A DNA stretch of 32,253 nucleotides from Candidatus Adlerbacteria bacterium (lineage in GTDB: Bacteria > Patescibacteriota > Minisyncoccia > Phycocordibacterales > SBAW01). Each line of letters begins with the position of its first letter. Position 1 is the stretch's first letter. The notes beneath the pieces were generated by a model. That model did no database searches and had not been told where the DNA came from. It saw only the letters and a list, made by a program, of their open reading frames with translations. The stretch lies in assembly GCA_028286785.1 (NCBI GenBank), contig JAQBQX010000019.1:1-32253 (forward strand), read 5' to 3'. Both the position numbers and the translations under genes were made by a program. Below, piece after piece: positions 29,101 to 32,253 of the stretch.

Positions 29101-29412
29101 AGCACAACAGCGTTCTGGATCCAGCCAAGCACGTCTCCTGTCCAGGTCCCAGCAGGCTCAACTGTATACTTCGAACTTCGCGGTTCAGTTACAAACAATG
29201 CCACTGGCGCTTCGGTCGTGACGACTCTCTTGGGTGATGCAACCGCTAGCCCATCGACGGGTACATCGCCATTCGCTTCGGTCTCTGGTAACTTTATCTG
29301 GAGCGCAAACGCAACAGGTACAGCTGCTACATCAACCGGCAACGACTGGTCAAATGGTTACGGCCTCCCAGGCTACCCAGCCTCAGGTCTTATCCAGACT
29401 CGTTCGAACTAA
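26119..29412 (+). CDS. Large secreted S-layer-like protein: signal peptide, peptidoglycan-binding-like domain, Gly-Thr linker, ~6 beta-sandwich repeats
   Basis: Signal ending AQA and PGBD-like LKQGATSAGVLALQQFLN...YFGALTTVAVKKFQ. T/S/G/A-rich with strong codon bias (GGT, GCA, ACT/ACA, TTC, AAC). Confidence 0.8.
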   Translation: MTITQSSSRLAALTIGVAAVVAFAFAAVSATPAQAATICPGTTFSTNLKQGATSAGVLALQQFLNMSPDTMIASTGAGSPGNETTYFGALTTVAVKKFQQKYAAQILTPLGLTTPTPNFYAASRAQANAVCAGTAGTGTGTGTGTGTGTTGSGLSVMASAQPANALAPANAARVPFTNFTLTASNDGDVTISGVTVQRGGASADASFSGVTLLDASTGLQIGISKTLNSNHQATVGDTIVIPRGTSRTFTVAANRAAAGAHAGEIASFSVVSINTSAAVNGSLPIVGASHTINESLSLGSVSTSTSSFDPGAAQSRNIGDTAVRFSGIRFTAASSEDLKLYSIRWRQTGSVSASDLSNVMTNVGGTMYPATVSADGKYFTSTFPGGILIAKGNSVDAYVQGDITGSNAAGRTAEFDIDKSTDVYFVGQLYGYGIAAPGTYTPWFVGRSASISAGTVTTISKANEVAAQNIAVNVPGQVLGGFATNFAGESVSAQQMVFTVSTTTGNTFGLTSVSIVDESGRVVAGPVDQSGTSLTFTDTVTFSTGRHVYTLKGKASSATPTGTTFTVATTPSSQWTNVTGQTSGNTISLSGTSQVTMNTMTVKGGSAAVTFSSQPTSQNVVAGVQNFVFGNYQIDASQSGEDLRLNAVPLYFTGNATTLSGCQIWDGTASLNNGSRVVNTLTAGGATANTFSLDNTLIVAKGTVKTLAVSCNISSSATSSSTYKFSTDTATGDYAFTGATSGNTITPTASASNAGTMTVTAGSLTISVDSSSPSYKAASGGSTGVTVAAIKVRATNEATNLTKLGLVLTSGSAGDLSQVYIYNGATLVGTAQFTGGNTVATSTFNTAVALTKDTDTVLTVKADFADIGSSQSGTEGNLVKIDPLNAEGTGASSGNTVTASATAGVAGVRVFNTFPTLALDTLGSTGVADGKLMRFKVTADSLGQVGIGKFTFTLATTTLSVTNIGLYAYTDSSYSSTISSQGTSGQIGATVSSASTTAFWIQPSTSPVQVPAGSTVYFELRGSVTNNATGASVVTTLLGDATASPSTGTSPFASVSGNFIWSANATGTAATSTGNDWSNGYGLPGYPASGLIQTRSN
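26515..26565 (+). repeat. Gly-Thr dipeptide linker repeat
   Basis: GTAGTGTGTGTGTGTGT encoded by varied GGN-ACN codons. Confidence 0.8.
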
Positions 29413-29448
29413 TCTTGGATGACTTCGGTCAACTAAGTTAGCAAGCAA

Positions 29449-29478
29449 CAAAAGCCCCCTCACAAGAGGGGGCTTTTG
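29449..29478 (+). terminator. Intrinsic terminator after S-layer-like gene
   Basis: CAAAAGCCCCCTC-ACAA-GAGGGGGCTTTTG, preceded by a second hairpin with a C(TTCG)G loop at 29409-29441. Confidence 0.85.
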
Positions 29479-29510
29479 CGTTGCGTAGGTATATCAATTA
29501 CACTGTTGAT

Positions 29511-30224
29511 ATGAATACGAATCGTTCACTTTTCCTAGGTATTGTTATTGCTGTAGTCATTGCCCTTGTTGCATTTATGGCATTTCGCTCATCGCGTGCG
29601 CCGGAAGCTGTCCAGTCGCCGGATACTACTCAAACGACCGGTACGACAACCGGTCAAACTGCCTCTTCCACTACTGTGGGCGGCGTCACTATCACAGGCC
29701 CGGGCACTATCGAGATGGTAGATAGCGGAGGCACTAAAATTCCCACACCTTCGCTTACACGCCCGATTACATTTTCGGCGGATGTTTCTGCCGAGATAAA
29801 AACATATCTCACCGGTAAGGAGCAAGATCTTATCGCCCAGCTCAAAAAAGCCCCAACTCGCACTGACCTGTGGCTCCAGCTTGGGCTCTACCGCAAGCAA
29901 GCAGGGGATTACACAGGTGCGGCAGAGGCGTGGACCTATGTAGCAAAGGTTGCACCGACTGAAATGCGCACAACCGCCTACGCTGATTTAGGCGACCTCT
30001 ACATGAACTTTGTGCACGACAACGCAAAGGCCGAGGTTAACTTCAAGGCAGCAGTAGCGCTTACTCCAAAGTACGTGCAGGGCTACCACGACCTTTTTAA
30101 CCTGTACCACTACACCCTCAAAGACGACATCAAAGCCGCTGCAATCCTGAAGGCGGGCCTCAAAGCAAACCCAAACAATACCGAACTCCTTGAGGTCCAA
30201 AAGCAATTCCAAGCAGGAAAGTAA
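29511..30224 (+). CDS. Membrane-anchored tetratricopeptide-repeat protein
   Basis: N-terminal TM, Thr-rich linker and TPR-like helices (WLQLGLYRKQAGDYTGAAEAW; AYADLGDLY...AEVNFKAAVALTP). TACACT lies 6 nt before the ATG. Confidence 0.82.
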   Translation: MNTNRSLFLGIVIAVVIALVAFMAFRSSRAPEAVQSPDTTQTTGTTTGQTASSTTVGGVTITGPGTIEMVDSGGTKIPTPSLTRPITFSADVSAEIKTYLTGKEQDLIAQLKKAPTRTDLWLQLGLYRKQAGDYTGAAEAWTYVAKVAPTEMRTTAYADLGDLYMNFVHDNAKAEVNFKAAVALTPKYVQGYHDLFNLYHYTLKDDIKAAAILKAGLKANPNNTELLEVQKQFQAGK

Positions 30225-30244
30225 ATTAGGAGTATACTAGAGCT

Positions 30245-30871
30245 ATGAATACTTCATCCGAAACGGGTGGAAAGGGGGCATGGCTTACCAAAATATGGCG
30301 GGTTGCACGATGGGTGCTTCTCGCCATTTTTGTGTTATATATAGCCTTGGCTGTATACCGCTTCCCAGTGGTGGCGCAAAAACAGAAAAGCGATGCCGTT
30401 GTGGCAAAGATCCATGCGCAAAAACTTACCCGAGAGGTGGTATTGGGGGATTTGCCCAACGAGCCTGACAAAGAGATAAATGACGCAACAGTGGCTGGCG
30501 TAGACGCTAACCGTAACGGCATCCGCGACGATGTTGAGAGGGCGATATATTTCAACCATAAAGACTCAGCAAAAGTAGTTGCCGCCGAGTATCAATATGC
30601 GATGGCGATACAAATGATGCTCACCCAAGTATTTGATACTAATACCTGGATTGCTGCCGCGGAGGAAACTTCTCGGGGTGATGCATGTGTTGGTGATGCT
30701 ACTGGTGATGATTTTCAAATCTATCTTAAAAGAACAAGAGAAGTTGAAAACATGATGGTGAATACTTCAACAAGACATGCCTCTGAGGATGCGGCATATA
30801 TGTTTACTGCTAGTTTCACACTTCCTAATACAGATATATGCAACGTCGATTTAAATACATTGCCCAACTAA
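30245..30871 (+). CDS. Membrane-anchored protein with DxNxNG (Ca-binding-like) motif
   Basis: TM helix, then GVDANRNGIRDDVER and two Cys. Overlaps the downstream hydrolase gene by 34 nt. Confidence 0.75.
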   Translation: MNTSSETGGKGAWLTKIWRVARWVLLAIFVLYIALAVYRFPVVAQKQKSDAVVAKIHAQKLTREVVLGDLPNEPDKEINDATVAGVDANRNGIRDDVERAIYFNHKDSAKVVAAEYQYAMAIQMMLTQVFDTNTWIAAAEETSRGDACVGDATGDDFQIYLKRTREVENMMVNTSTRHASEDAAYMFTASFTLPNTDICNVDLNTLPN

Positions 30872-32253
30872 CACTTTTAGTGGGTCTTTTTTCTATACCT
30901 GCACTTGTGCAGTCTGATGCGAATAACTGTTCAGAAACAGGCTATACGGTCATTTTTATAAATGGAGTTTGGGATGATTACCGGTCTGCTCAAGTAAATG
31001 CTAGTTCTTTAGGAAAAAAATTAAATCGTAATTTTAACGGACAACCCTTAACAGTCCAGCTTGAATACAACGCATCACATTTGGCTGGGATAGGGGATGG
31101 GTTAGAAGTGGCTTTTCCTGTTTTGAATCAATATGACCTGCAGACTATCTTGCAGCACATGCACCAGGATGTGCATACACAGAAAGTGATTATTGTTGGA
31201 CACTCACAGGGTGCTGTATATGCCAACAAAGTATATGAATATCTTGTTGCGCACGGTATGTCCCCTGAATCGGTGGCAGTCTATGCAGTCGCAACGCCCG
31301 AAAGTTATGTGGCGGGCGGTGGCAAGTACATCACGTATGCTTTGGATAATACTGTTACCAACCTTGCTACGACATTTGGTCTGCATCCGCTTGCGCCCAA
31401 CGCAACATTTAGCGAACTCCTCGATACCTCGGCAAGCAACTCGGCCGTCCCTGCGCAAGGTCATTCATTTATAGACCTGTATCTCGGTGCATTTTCCGAC
31501 CGGATAGTAAGTGACATCCACCAAGAACTTGCAGGTCTTACTGCAGAGAATCAGAATAGAGCCGAATGTTTTACCGTCCCGAGCGTTTCGTTGATGTATC
31601 GGGCCCAAGGTGCGGCACTTGGGATGGCAGACCCGCTTGTGTCAGGTATCAGTACCGTCAGTGTTAAAGGATATAGTGCGCTCGCAGCAGTTGCGGGATC
31701 TATTGGGGCCCTGGCCGAAGCGGGGCGAGGTGCCGTTGCGTATGTTGTCACAACTCCGCGCAGGGTGGTTGATGCTGCATATAACAACCTTACCTCTGCC
31801 GAGTCGAACGTTAAGGATTTTACCGTACAAAAACAAATATACGGTTCTAGTCTGGACACGTCGGATGTGCGGGACTTACTCGGAGTTCCACAAGGCGGGG
31901 CAGCAATTTTAGCTTTGCAAAAAACAATTAATAAGCCTGCTGACCCAGAGTCTGCTCCGGCGGCAGAAGTTGCAACTTCAACACAAGGTGGAGTGATAGA
32001 TAATGAAGCTACCTCGACTGTGCGGGTCATGGGTTCTCGCGAGTGGCCTTGGCCGGGCGGTGATTCAAGAGTGCCTCAACCTGCAACTGCATCAGTCCCT
32101 GATGCTATCCCGCCTGTGCCAGACCCAGCCACAACAACACCCACCACAACTCCGGACATACTACCTATTGTCCCGGATGCTCCAACAGTGCTCTTTACGT
32201 CTACTACCACTCCGCCTACTTTGACTGTGGAAGAATGCGCAACTTCGCTTAAC
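30838..32253 (+). CDS. Secreted alpha/beta-hydrolase (lipase-like) with Pro/Thr-rich stalk, 3'-truncated; absent from the ORF track
   Basis: Hand translation from ATG 30838 is open to the window end. MQRRFKYIAQLTLLVGLFSIPALVQS signal, VIFINGV, VIIVGHSQGA (GxSxG at 31198-31212), GHSFIDLYL. Confidence 0.85.
   Translation, partial: MQRRFKYIAQLTLLVGLFSIPALVQSDANNCSETGYTVIFINGVWDDYRSAQVNASSLGKKLNRNFNGQPLTVQLEYNASHLAGIGDGLEVAFPVLNQYDLQTILQHMHQDVHTQKVIIVGHSQGAVYANKVYEYLVAHGMSPESVAVYAVATPESYVAGGGKYITYALDNTVTNLATTFGLHPLAPNATFSELLDTSASNSAVPAQGHSFIDLYLGAFSDRIVSDIHQELAGLTAENQNRAECFTVPSVSLMYRAQGAALGMADPLVSGISTVSVKGYSALAAVAGSIGALAEAGRGAVAYVVTTPRRVVDAAYNNLTSAESNVKDFTVQKQIYGSSLDTSDVRDLLGVPQGGAAILALQKTINKPADPESAPAAEVATSTQGGVIDNEATSTVRVMGSREWPWPGGDSRVPQPATASVPDAIPPVPDPATTTPTTTPDILPIVPDAPTVLFTSTTTPPTLTVEECATSLN

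Noticed and set aside
31193-32224. Short ORFs listed in the track at the right end
   Set aside because: All lie within the long frame-1 hydrolase ORF starting at 30838.
1-32253. Alternative genetic code (TGA=Gly, as in Gracilibacteria)
   Set aside because: Conserved genes are full-length under code 11 with no in-frame TGA interruptions.

Overview
Gene-dense bacterial chromosome segment in genetic code 11. Gene content and style point to Patescibacteria/CPR, Parcubacteria-like; this is inferred, not searched. The left and centre hold a housekeeping block: partial glyA, argS, ileS with an inserted histidine-phosphatase domain, recO, alpha2-type GlyRS, an AI-2E transporter, metG, tatD, rpsF-ssb-rpsR, efp, an ECF sigma factor, recA and ftsK, with small accessory genes between them. 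The right end is a cell-surface block: a winged-HTH gene whose leader and ORF carry repeated TAAA(G/A)GACA motifs, a DnaA box, a strong promoter, a ~370-nt structured leader, a 1097-aa S-layer-like protein, a TPR protein, and a DxNxNG protein overlapping a secreted lipase-like gene that runs off the end. About a dozen genes have a -10 hexamer 6-8 nt before the ATG, indicating mostly leaderless transcription. No tRNA, rRNA, CRISPR array or transposase was recognised.
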